Source: Kondoa subrosea
Lineage: Eukaryota
Length of the DNA: 64,000 bases
NCBI GenBank assembly: GCA_039545335.1
Contig: BCIN01000004.1
Location: 124,001 to 188,000 of the forward strand
Direction: 5' to 3'
Part shown: positions 13,400 to 22,908 of the stretch, piece by piece
Position numbering within the stretch: the stretch's first letter is position 1
Layout: every line of letters starts with the position of its first letter
Made by a program: the position numbers and the translations under genes
The notes under the pieces: model-generated
What the model was told of the DNA's origin: nothing
The model's database searches: none
Seen by the model: only the letters and a program-made list of their open reading frames with translations

Positions 13400-16134
13400 T
13401 CACACTATCTCTGGTATCAGCGCTGCCAGTAGCGCCTTCCTCTGTAAAAATCTTTAGCCGAATGGCAGCAATAACAAATAGCCTGCTTACCTGATAAGGT
13501 TTCGTCAAGCACATGTCCATACCACTTGCCAGACCAGACTCGAGCTGTTCTGCTCGTGCGTTGCCTGGACTTGTTTTTCACTCATCATCTCATGTCTCAG
13601 CAAATGTCTCTCACCTGTCAATCCGATTATACGCACGCTCTTGTTCGGAAGAGCTCTAATGGCTCGTGTAGCAGAACAGCCGTCCAATATCGGCTGCGTC
13701 TAATTCAGCTATCTTACCGCGATCAAAGCCGAAAACTAACCATGTTAAAATCCATTATGATACAGTCAAAGCGAATTTTATCTCCCTTCATAGCATCTAC
13801 CGCTTCTTGGCCATTGGCAGCAACTTGTACAGAATGACCTGCTGTACTCAACTGCTTCTCTAAGATTTGCCGATTGACCAGATTATCTTCGACAACCAAT
13901 ACATTGCAGCCTGAATTTAGGGAATTCGCCGAACCGTTCGATTTTGTTCTGGGAGCTGCCTTAGGTCTGTTAAATTTCTGTACAGGAGATTCTGGTGCGC
14001 TGAATTGGCTCGATGAAGGCTTGTAACCATACTGCTCTGTAATTCGCGCTGCCGGTTCTTCAGCTATTTTCAGCAGGCGAATGCGAATATTGAATAGGAA
14101 GGTAGTGCCAATCCCTTCGATACTATCTACGCCTATTCGTCCGTTTTGCAAAGAACAGAGATCTGAGCTATGTGTGAGCTAGCAGTCTGCTGCGCAAAAG
14201 ACAATACAGAGCTCACGAGAGGCAATCCATAGGCCAAGTCCAACTCCTCCTTTCGATGTATGAACATGTGCATTTGCCTGTCGCTCGATCAGTCCAATTA
14301 TAGCCCCTATGAATTACAACTTACCTGTGTAAAGCGATCAAAGATGAGCTGAATATCCGACTGTGATATCCCTGTGCCAGTATCGGACTATATCAAGATG
14401 CTCAGTAAGACTCAGAGTGCAGCAAGCATGAGCAAGATATACCACTGAGCAGTACAGATATAGATCCTGACCGATTCCTAATTCGTGCAGAGTTGAAGTC
14501 GAAGGCATGACTAAAGCTGAATCAGGATCTGAAGGTCGACTAGAAGCATCCAAAGTAATTTTGATTCGACGATCATCGGAATCTGCGGTGTACCGGATCG
14601 CGTTCGTAATCAAGTTGGTCTGTACAGGTCAAGATTTTTAGCTCCAGAATAAAACCAGCGCATATTGAGCATACAAGTATTTGCATCACCCTTGTTGGGT
14701 CGGCTTCCACTTCTACAAGACCAGCTACAACAGGTTCGACCACAAACTGGAGGTCAATCTTCCTCGATTTGCATTCACCAGAAAAGACCTTGAGTGTACT
14801 TCGGACTCTTTCTAGCAGATTGATAGGAATAGGTGCAACAGGAAATCGTTGAGCCGTGACCTGTCCAAGGTGAAGGACGTCATTCGCTACTTGCTGTTGC
14901 GCCAAAGCACATTGAGTGATAGAAGACAGGGATTCGAGATTCTCGTCTAGCTGTAATACATGTTCATCGTGCCCGGCGAAAAGAAGAGTCGATTTTAGAT
15001 CGCTTAGGGAGTCATGTATCAGCTCGGTTAGCTGTAAAATAGCTGATGTTGGATTGCGAAGTTCATGTCTGTAGCGGGATGATCAGCTTTCGAAAGCTAT
15101 CTATATTTAGTGAAAGCTTACGAGGTGACATCGATCAGCATTCTGCTGGACGATCAGCCACAGTCGCGTAAGATAAGCAGGACCACGCACTCCTGATCTC
15201 GTTTCTGCTGTTCTGCCAGCTCCTTTTGTCTTACTGCTTCTTCTGTAGCCAAGGTTTGACGGATTTCGGCTTCTTTTGCTCTGCTCAATGCCTTTTCCTG
15301 TTCGATTTGTTGAGTGATATCCGTCATGTGACCAAGCCACTCTTTTGTATGCTTCTTCTCCGCGTGGTCGGGCTTCACTGAAGTGAATATACTTTTGTTC
15401 GTTTTCAGTCGAAATTGAATAGTTGTAGGGGAATGTAATTCCATCGCCTTCGTCCACGCTGTCATAGTAGGTTCTACATCTTCAGGTTTTATTGCATTTA
15501 CCCATGTATTGGGATCTTCCTAGCTCGCAAAAATCGTTAGCACACATTCTCTTCCGACTTCTGACCCGAAGATAAGGCTCACTTTCAGACCTTCCACATT
15601 GGTGAACACTTTCCACCATCCTTGATTTGCCCATATGAGTGCTCCCTAATGGTACATTTCAGGTCTTATGGGTGTAAATAGGACAAAGAAGCAAGTTACA
15701 GAAGCAGCATCATGTCTTGCTAAAGCAACAGGAACAAGATTACAAAAGGCTTCCAGTCGAGCATGATCTTGACGTAATTGCTGAAGCTCTGCAGACCGAT
15801 CTTGCGCAGAATCGATTGCAGTCAGGATGAATTGCTTTGGCGCATTTGCACCTTCTGCCTGAGGTAACAGCAATTTGACTTGCCATAATTGTCGACTGAC
15901 AGCGTGTAGCAGAAGATCTTCGTGCTTTCGAGAGATAGAGACTCTGTTGAGACATCCTTGAAGTTCGTGCAAGTCCTTAGGGCTGGTGAGCAAAGCTTGT
16001 AAATCTTGCGACCCATAGTCTTGAGCACAGCGATGATTTTGATACAGCGTGTTACATTGCTCGTCGAGTATGCAAACGGATGAAGGACAGCTATCGAGGT
16101 AGTCGCGGAAAGGAAGAGAGATCTGAGCTTCCAT
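13400..16134 (-). CDS. Hybrid sensor histidine kinase/response regulator with N-terminal PAS-like domains (start approximate)
   Basis: H-box SHELRNP, N-box NLITNAIRYT, DTGTG and GGVGLGL G-boxes, receiver VLVVEDNLVN..IIMDFNMP..IIGLT..KPY. Confidence 0.85.
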
Positions 16135-16799
16135 CCAATTGTCGCGCCGTAACAATCATGCAATCAAGCTCAGACAGGTATCACAGCGAGGGAATCAAGT
16201 GGCAGTCGGTGGTTGCTCATTGAGCATGCTATAATTAAGAGTATACCGGTAACAACTTGGCAGTCATTAGTTGCTCTTCATCCGCCAGCAAGGTACTTTA
16301 CGCCTGCTCTTACGCATTGGCAGACTCAGCAGGCTGGTAGCTTCCTGTTCCATGTAGAAGGTACTTGACTTGAGTTTCAGGTCAGCTCGCTTGCAAATCT
16401 CGCGTTGTCTACTCGCTACCGTGCTCGGTCCTTCCTTCCCAAAATGCTTCTACTCTCTTACTGTCAAATATCTCCCCCTCTAGACCCACCGATTATAATC
16501 CTGCTGTAATCAAATGTCGATGTTTGGTCTCTCCTTTCCTTCCAAGAAACGACATTGCATAGATTCACGAAAAGAGTGCCATTCCTGTTGATATCGGACG
16601 ATAGCACACAGGACAGGCGACCCTTGTTGGCAATTCAAGCGAATGCGTTCTCCTCTTCGAATGAACAGCAGATGAACCGGAGATCTCAACCACTCAGGAC
16701 CTGAATCATCCAGTCTTCGAATATATCATGCATTGATTGCCAACATTGTTTTGTTTTCAATTCCCTCTGCTAATTTCTAGTAAACTTCCAACTTAAAAA

Positions 16800-17090
16800 G
16801 CCATCTGCTAGAGCTAGAGCTAGGAAGCTTCTTTGAATAAAGATGATGAATTGTGCCCCTCTGGTACTTCTGCTTGCCCTACTTAAGCCAATAAATACAC
16901 TTTGGACGCTTTCACTACTGGTCATTGTCAATGCGAAAACCTGTTGGAAGACATGAACAACGTGAGTGTTTATCGTTCTCTCTTCTCACTTTACAAGAGC
17001 TGATTTGCTTATCGTAGTGCGTTGTTTGTGGATTAGCTTGCGATAGTCAAGCGGGCGTTGCTTCATGTGCCTAAGCAAGACATGCATCGC
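16800..17090 (+). pseudogene. Degraded fragment of a PriA/CPL1-like cysteine-rich protein gene
   Basis: PSARARARK, then after a frameshift DDELCPSGTSACPT*...CQCENLLEDMNN|CVVCGLACDSQAGVASCA*; one GT-AG intron retained (about 16962-17017); in-frame stops. Confidence 0.5.
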
Positions 17091-17683
17091 CTTCATTCCG
17101 CCGATGTTTGGGAGAAAGTCGCTCGAGCTACCAAAGCACATCGTCTGCCTGCGAATACATCATTCTGAACGCCTTGTCATTCATATCTTGCCACTCATTG
17201 CTATCAGTCAAGAGTGAGTGTTCTCGCATCAAAGTCTCTGTCTACTCTGCTTTCGACTTCATGATGAGGAAGCAGTCAATGTAAATCCTCTGTGTACCTC
17301 CCGGAGGGTGCATATGCATCGAACTTCGACGATGAGATTATCGATTGTCTTGCTACAGCCAAAATACGGTACAGGAGTAACTTCTCGCTCTCGCCAATCA
17401 TTGCGCCCTATTGTCCCACCCATTCCTGGTCCTGTAATACAGCAATGTTCTCTAGGGGCCAAGCGGTCACTTTAAACGTTTTTTTTTGGTTTTTTTTTTT
17501 TTTTTTTTTTTTTTTTATACAAATCATTAATTCTCGATCTCTCTATCAATCTNTTACGTGCTCGGTCTCGCTGTTTTGTTCTCTGAAGTAGAAAGGGAAC
17601 GCTGAAATAGACAATTTGCTTGTAGGTAGTACAGAACTTGTATGCTAGCTTATTCATAGAACGACCATTGCAAACGAAAATCG

Positions 17684-17900
17684 GCACGCGCCCTCTAGGA
17701 GGACTCGCACAGTAGAGTACTATTATGCGATATGGCAGGAGATTCTTCAGCCCCAGTCACCGAAGTTCCTGGAACGCCAAATTCACCGCCGAAACGAATG
17801 AAAGTGGGTATAGACGTTGTGAGGGATTCCAACCCGACCTCGCATTAGATGCGACGCCCCTCTGTGGTCTTAGGCCGCATTTCGCCTGCACAGAGGCCTA
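17684..17900. repeat. 217-bp direct repeat, copy 1 (3' UTR of the retrotransposon)
   Basis: Matches 19934-20150 with 6 substitutions by my count, all clustered at 17719-17743. Confidence 0.97.
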
Positions 17901-17911
17901 GAACTCCTGCC

Positions 17912-19909
17912 TTAGCGTTTGGGATCCGACTTTGGTTTGGATAAAACCGCAGTCTTTGATGATGTAGTAGAACGAGGAGCTGGCTTCCTCTTTTGAGCGC
18001 TCTTCCTCTTCTTCTGTGCTGCTGCTTTCTTGGCCATTTTCGCTCGAATCTTCATTTCTGCTGATGTTGCTGAATCGAAGATCTTCTTAGCGACTCGCAG
18101 CATCTGTTCTCTTGTCAGATGCTTTGATGCCATCATTGAGAAGCGTTGATGAGTTGCAAGTTTGTGGATTTGGTGTTGGTATACCATCATGAACGCTACT
18201 GTAATCGGATCGTACGATGGGCATACGAACTGCGTTATATCAGGTGGTTCCTTCAGATGAGCAGGTGGGCCAGCAAGTGCCCATATTTCCTTTGAGGTGG
18301 TGCAATGCGAGAAGATGTGAGCGAAATCTTCTCTGACCATATCTCCGCACAAAGAACACTGCGAATCATTGCCAACTGGACGATGATTCTTCCATTCAAT
18401 CTTGCGGGATTGTGGTTGTAGAGAGCCGAGAGATATGCGATGGGCTGTGTCGACCTCTTCTGGTAGAATTCGATCGAGTAAAGCTGTTGTTGTCCATGCT
18501 TTCTGCCATCGTTCATGGATAAGGTTTGGGAAACGAGACTTCCAGCCTCCCGGTTCGATTGTTCTCCTGAAGAGCTGATGTTGCCTACGCTGATTGACTA
18601 CATCTTGTGCTACTGCAATGATATCTCCACCTATTTGACGGAAATTGCTGGAGTCTACCATCGTAAGGAAACCCCACGCATTGTGCTGCTTCCTTTCTAC
18701 TTGCTTGGATAAGAAGGTTTCGCTCCAGTTGAGGTTCTTTGGAAGGTATGTTGCAAGCTCCCAGGCTTCAAGGTAATCTTGCCATGTTGGCGACAAGAGG
18801 TTGCGCATTTTGGATCTTGCGACTGCCCATGCGACCCGCTTGTCATCTGGTGCGTTGCAAAAGAGAGCTCTCCAGTTCCAGAAGTATCCAGGATCATCGG
18901 AAGAAGTTCTTGGCTGTTTTGCAACTGCATTGACTAATCGCTTGCGTATAGTGAGTAGATGCGGTTCCTGAGACATCACGGGATCGCATAAGAGCCAGTA
19001 GATCCACACTCCTCTGGAGCCATAGAGTTGTCTCTTGAGTGGAAGTAAGCCGAAACCGCCTGAGGCCATTGGAGTGGTAAGCCTGTCCAATGAGACCTCA
19101 TGCCTACCTCTCTTCCACATCATGTTGACTACAGCCCGCTCCAGATCATCTATGAAATGGTCTGGACATGGTAAGAAAGCGTCCAAGTAGAAAATCTTTG
19201 AGTAGAGACGAGTGTTGATGATATGCGTTCTAGTAGCTATTGGGAGGTCGAACATAGGTATACTGTTGCCGCGGCGCTTGACCTTGGCCAGCATCTCGGT
19301 CCAGACAACATTTCTGTCGACGTTTCTTCCAACCATGACTCCGAGTAATGGAAAGTCGTCCCTTTGCACTGGCCACCCTTGATATACTTCTCCTTGGACT
19401 ATATCCCTCATTGCACCCAGTGGATACAAGAGAGACTTCTTTTTCGACGCAAGTGAAGCGGAGGCCTTTTCATACGTGTTGTTGCAATTTGAAAGAGTCT
19501 GGAGATCCTCTCCATCGGCCACTCCTGTCTGGGCATCATCTGCAAAAGCTCTTTCGCGATAGACTTTACCTATGACAAGAGGGATCCCTCGAACGCGTTT
19601 TCGGATCATGCAGAGGAGAGGTTCGACCAATATTGCATATATCCAAGGCGATTCTGGTCCTCCTTGTCCGACACCAGTGTGTAGATCGAATTGCCGTCCA
19701 ATCCATCCGTTCATGTAGATTGATCCAGTTCGGCCAATGAATGCAGATTTGATGTTGGACATCATGCGTGGTCCGAAACCCAAGGTTTCAAGGCATTTGA
19801 TGATCCATTTGTGGTCGGGATAGTCGTATGCATTCTCGAAGTCGGTTACTGCGATCATGCCTGGATAGTCGTCTTCCTCCTCGACTCTTCTTTGGAATTC
19901 AGCAAACGC
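17912..19909 (-). CDS. Truncated ORF2: C-terminal part of reverse transcriptase plus CCHC zinc finger; endonuclease missing
   Basis: DFENAYD (motif A), GVGQGGPESP (motif B), AFADD (YADD-like), GGFGL, CSLC..EDFAHIFSHC; 17 further in-frame codons upstream of the ATG at 19858. Confidence 0.9.
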   Translation of the reverse strand, partial: AFAEFQRRVEEEDDYPGMIAVTDFENAYDYPDHKWIIKCLETLGFGPRMMSNIKSAFIGRTGSIYMNGWIGRQFDLHTGVGQGGPESPWIYAILVEPLLCMIRKRVRGIPLVIGKVYRERAFADDAQTGVADGEDLQTLSNCNNTYEKASASLASKKKSLLYPLGAMRDIVQGEVYQGWPVQRDDFPLLGVMVGRNVDRNVVWTEMLAKVKRRGNSIPMFDLPIATRTHIINTRLYSKIFYLDAFLPCPDHFIDDLERAVVNMMWKRGRHEVSLDRLTTPMASGGFGLLPLKRQLYGSRGVWIYWLLCDPVMSQEPHLLTIRKRLVNAVAKQPRTSSDDPGYFWNWRALFCNAPDDKRVAWAVARSKMRNLLSPTWQDYLEAWELATYLPKNLNWSETFLSKQVERKQHNAWGFLTMVDSSNFRQIGGDIIAVAQDVVNQRRQHQLFRRTIEPGGWKSRFPNLIHERWQKAWTTTALLDRILPEEVDTAHRISLGSLQPQSRKIEWKNHRPVGNDSQCSLCGDMVREDFAHIFSHCTTSKEIWALAGPPAHLKEPPDITQFVCPSYDPITVAFMMVYQHQIHKLATHQRFSMMASKHLTREQMLRVAKKIFDSATSAEMKIRAKMAKKAAAQKKRKSAQKRKPAPRSTTSSKTAVLSKPKSDPKR

Positions 19910-20150
19910 TTTTTTTTTTTTTTGATTTATTCAGCACGCGCCCTCTAGGAGGACTCGCACAGTAGAGTGCTATTGTGAGAAAAGGCAGGAGAATCTTCAG
20001 CCCCAGTCACCGAAGTTCCTGGAACGCCAAATTCACCGCCGAAACGAATGAAAGTGGGTATAGACGTTGTGAGGGATTCCAACCCGACCTCGCATTAGAT
20101 GCGACGCCCCTCTGTGGTCTTAGGCCGCATTTCGCCTGCACAGAGGCCTA
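19910..20150 (-). mobile_element. Short polyadenylated retroposed copy of the element 3' UTR (repeat copy 2 at 19934-20150)
   Basis: On the minus strand: 217-bp UTR copy, TGAATAAATC (contains AATAAA), then A14 (poly(T) 19910-19923). Confidence 0.85.
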
Positions 20151-20227
20151 AGCGCTCTACAGATAAATTTTGATTGATTTATAAACGCGTTGTGAGCGCA
20201 AGCCTCTCAATATTGATTTCCTTAGAT

Positions 20228-20382
20228 CTGAACGTGGTCGAGTGGTTAAGACGATAGACTTGAATACCCATTCAAACGTTATCTATTGCAATTTTGCGCG
20301 TAGGTTCAAATCCGTGAGTCGCTTTCCTCAGTAACAATTTCTATTCGCTCACGTTTGCGCTTCTTGAATAGTGCCGTTCAGG
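20228..20382 (+). tRNA. tRNA-Ser(UGA) with a canonical intron (20265-20280) and a second GT-AG insert in the T-stem (20314-20371)
   Basis: Acceptor CTGAACG/CGTTCAG with G73; D-arm GTC..GAC containing A-box TGGTCGAGTGG; anticodon stem ATAGA/TCTAT with anticodon TGA; long variable arm; T-arm GTAGG-TTCAAAT-CC|TGC. Confidence 0.9.
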
Positions 20383-20391
20383 TGACACATC

Positions 20392-20397
20392 TTTTTT
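20392..20397 (+). terminator. RNA polymerase III terminator (T6) of the tRNA gene
   Basis: TTTTTT starts 10 nt after the discriminator base and is the first run of 5 or more T after the tRNA start. Confidence 0.8.
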
Positions 20398-20816
20398 GCA
20401 TCTACGCCGTACGCAAAGGGATCAGCAAACTATCGCTTAGTGTGTTCTCATTCCGATCCCAAGAGCGCTGCAGCATACGGGGTGCCAGGCAATCATTCCC
20501 TCGCCAGTCTTTATGTTGAAGGCGTCCGGATAGACAAGGCAGGTCTAAGCACTGCAGCACACCGTAGTAGGAAGACTATGGAAAGCAGTGACACCACACA
20601 GAGCATGCAGCCAAGCAACGGACGAATGTAGAATAAAAGCGTTTGGATAGATCATGAAGAAAAGAGTTCCACACAACCCAAAACAGAGATATTGACAGCA
20701 CATCACGAGTTGCAGCAAATCTACGACGTATTTGGAGTACCGCAGACCTAGAGTTATTGATTAGAAATGTTATCGAGACATATTATAAGAAACGGGCCTA
20801 ACCTCATCGGCATTCG

Positions 20817-21493
20817 TCAATGCACACTTTTCAGCATCTTCACATGCGGCGCTCCCTCTTCATCAAACACGTCTCCTTCTTGCACATAACCCAAACTACG
20901 AAACGTCAGCTTCATCCATCTGAGAAGCTCCGCTCACCTTTTGTAAAACGGTATCGCATGCATTTGTGAATGCAGACTTATCGTCTTCCCGCCCAGAGAC
21001 CCAATCTTCCCATAGAGTGCGTTCATGAGCTGCTTCCCAGCTCCCCGGCCGCGCTGCGATTGCAGTACGGCTGCTCGAGAATCAGTTCCGCTTCGTCATC
21101 TGCGGGATAACCGACCTAGCCTGCCAAATTTGTAGACGCCTGGATACCCAGGGTATGGATAGTACCTCAGAGTACCGACCTATGTTATGTAAGTATAGGA
21201 TTTCGCTGGTAACCAGAAACTCACAGGCAGATCTTTGCTGGAGTCGATCAGGATGAGATGGCCACATTGATCGTCCAATCTGATCGACAGCTATGAGTGT
21301 AATCTACGCTAAGGAATGCGACTTACCCATCACATTCCGTTTCCAAAGGGAAGCCTTGTTCCGTCACAAACACCTACGTTCCCAGTCAGCTAGCTCCAGC
21401 AGCTGATCTCTGACGCACCTCGACACGGATCTTCACGCAAGCCTCGAAGTCCAGGCTACCGAAAGGAGCATCACGTATTGAATAGCTCGACAT
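20817..21493 (-). CDS. GNAT acetyltransferase, ElaA/YjcF-like (absent from ORF track because of short exons)
   Basis: Spliced translation includes CVKIRVE|VFVTEQGFPLETECD, AVLQSQRGRGAGKQLM, LHSQMHAIPFYK, LGYVQEGDVFDEEGAPHVKM. Confidence 0.8.
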
Positions 21494-22908
21494 GCGTAGT
21501 ATAGCAGACGACGTCAAGAGGGAAGAAAGGGAAAGACAAGCGACCAAGCAAATAGGGGAATGAGGAAAGACCCAAGACTACCGACGGACACTGCACAAGT
21601 GGGAGGATGGCGCCTGCACAATAACCATGGAGTTTAAAAAGTAGACATGTTACTCCCAAACGATCTGCCACATCAAGGTGCTCTCCTGATTCGTGATTAC
21701 TATCCGACAGAGCGTAGATTGAGGCATAGAGCAAAAGCAACACGCGCATATTAATGAAAGCAATGTTTCAAGCTTCAGAGATGCAAATCTTGGAAATGCA
21801 TTACGACGAGTTATGTGCTCTGTCGAGCGTGGTCACATTATCCCTATTGTCCGCACCATCTCGAATGACTCTTATTACATTAGACCAGATCGTCCGTTGC
21901 TTTGCACTCAATATTTCCTTGTATACCGAAGGCAACTTGAAGCAATCTGTCTATTCCTTATAATCGATCTTGGGTTCGATATTCGCCAAATGAGCTTTGA
22001 GGCCTGTAGTCGGATCGAAGACTTCGGGACACAGAGATAGCGGCAGTACTGCAAGTTACGAATTGCCTTGTAGCGTTTGCGTTTTGGGTTCTTCAAATTG
22101 CTCGTGTCGTGACCTACAGACGGATGCGAAGGATCTTGAGGTACCGCTTGTTCGTCATCTTAGTATGACCGGTTGAGCACTACCAATCTAAGCTGTTCTG
22201 AGCTGAATGTCTCAAGACCCTCCAAGTCGATTCACAGCATCTTCGCAATGCCGAATCGCCGATACGGAGCTGGTACCGTGGTAGAAAATCTCGCAGTGTA
22301 GAGAGAAGTGTCGCCGATAGCATCCACAGTCCATTGCTCAAGCGCGCCATAGCCAACTAAAGCATCGCTTACAGAAGCCAAAAAGACAAGCAAATTCGTG
22401 AAGATCGTGCATCTGAGGTATTGCTGGTGCTTTTGCAAATCTTCGAGAGAAGTCGGTCGTCTTACAGCTTCGCTTACGTAGGTTGTACGGAAGCATCTCG
22501 AAAGACCAGGCGAGAAGCTTTCCTATTTGGACTGAGCTCATTTACAGAGTATAAAGACCAGGAGCAGAAGAAGGAGAAGATGGCAATCATCCGATTAGTC
22601 AAGCGAAACATCGCTTTAAGGATCCGAACAGCATGCATTGACATTAAGTTTGGTCATTATAAGATCTAGATTAGAAGTTCTGCTAGTAGAGGCAGCAAGA
22701 CGCGCATGAAAAGCAACAAGAAAATATGACATGCAATGCATGAGAGAGAGCTCGAAGACTTGGGCTAGAGGGAGGCTCTTCCGCGCTCCCAGAGTATATT
22801 TCGCGCTCTAAAGACTCTGCAAATAAAGGACACATCATGGGCTATCACACCGCATGACGGCTTGGAACAAGAATGTTGATTTCCAATTTTTGACCTTGTG
22901 CAGCCTGG

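Larger units (their letters stand above)
17479..19909 (-). mobile_element. 5'-truncated non-LTR retrotransposon (L1/Tx1-like) with structured 3' UTR and poly(A) tail
   Basis: Intronless RT ORF; about 400-nt 3' UTR; poly(A) seen as poly(T) at 17479-17516; frame stays open to 19909, where it abuts a second poly(T) tract. Confidence 0.92.

Noticed and set aside
17744..17750. Hammerhead core CUGAAGA on the minus strand
   Set aside because: No correctly placed stem II-GAAA-stem III arrangement.
17859..17900. HDV-like ribozyme in the element UTR
   Set aside because: The P1-P2-P3 nesting is similar, but the L3 consensus, P1.1 and the P4/J4-2 region are absent on both strands.
17684..20150. LTR retrotransposon interpretation of the 217-bp direct repeats flanking the RT ORF
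   Set aside because: No TG...CA ends or integrase; each repeat is followed by its own poly(A), and the RT and CCHC motifs are non-LTR type.
20259..20280. Selenocysteine/opal-suppressor tRNA reading (TTCAA near the anticodon arm)
   Set aside because: TTCAA lies within the canonical intron and pairs with the true TGA anticodon loop; the 7/5 stem geometry is that of an ordinary tRNA-Ser.
21900..22670. Possible small multi-exon gene on the minus strand
   Set aside because: Splice-like signals are present, but I could not assemble a consistent reading frame.
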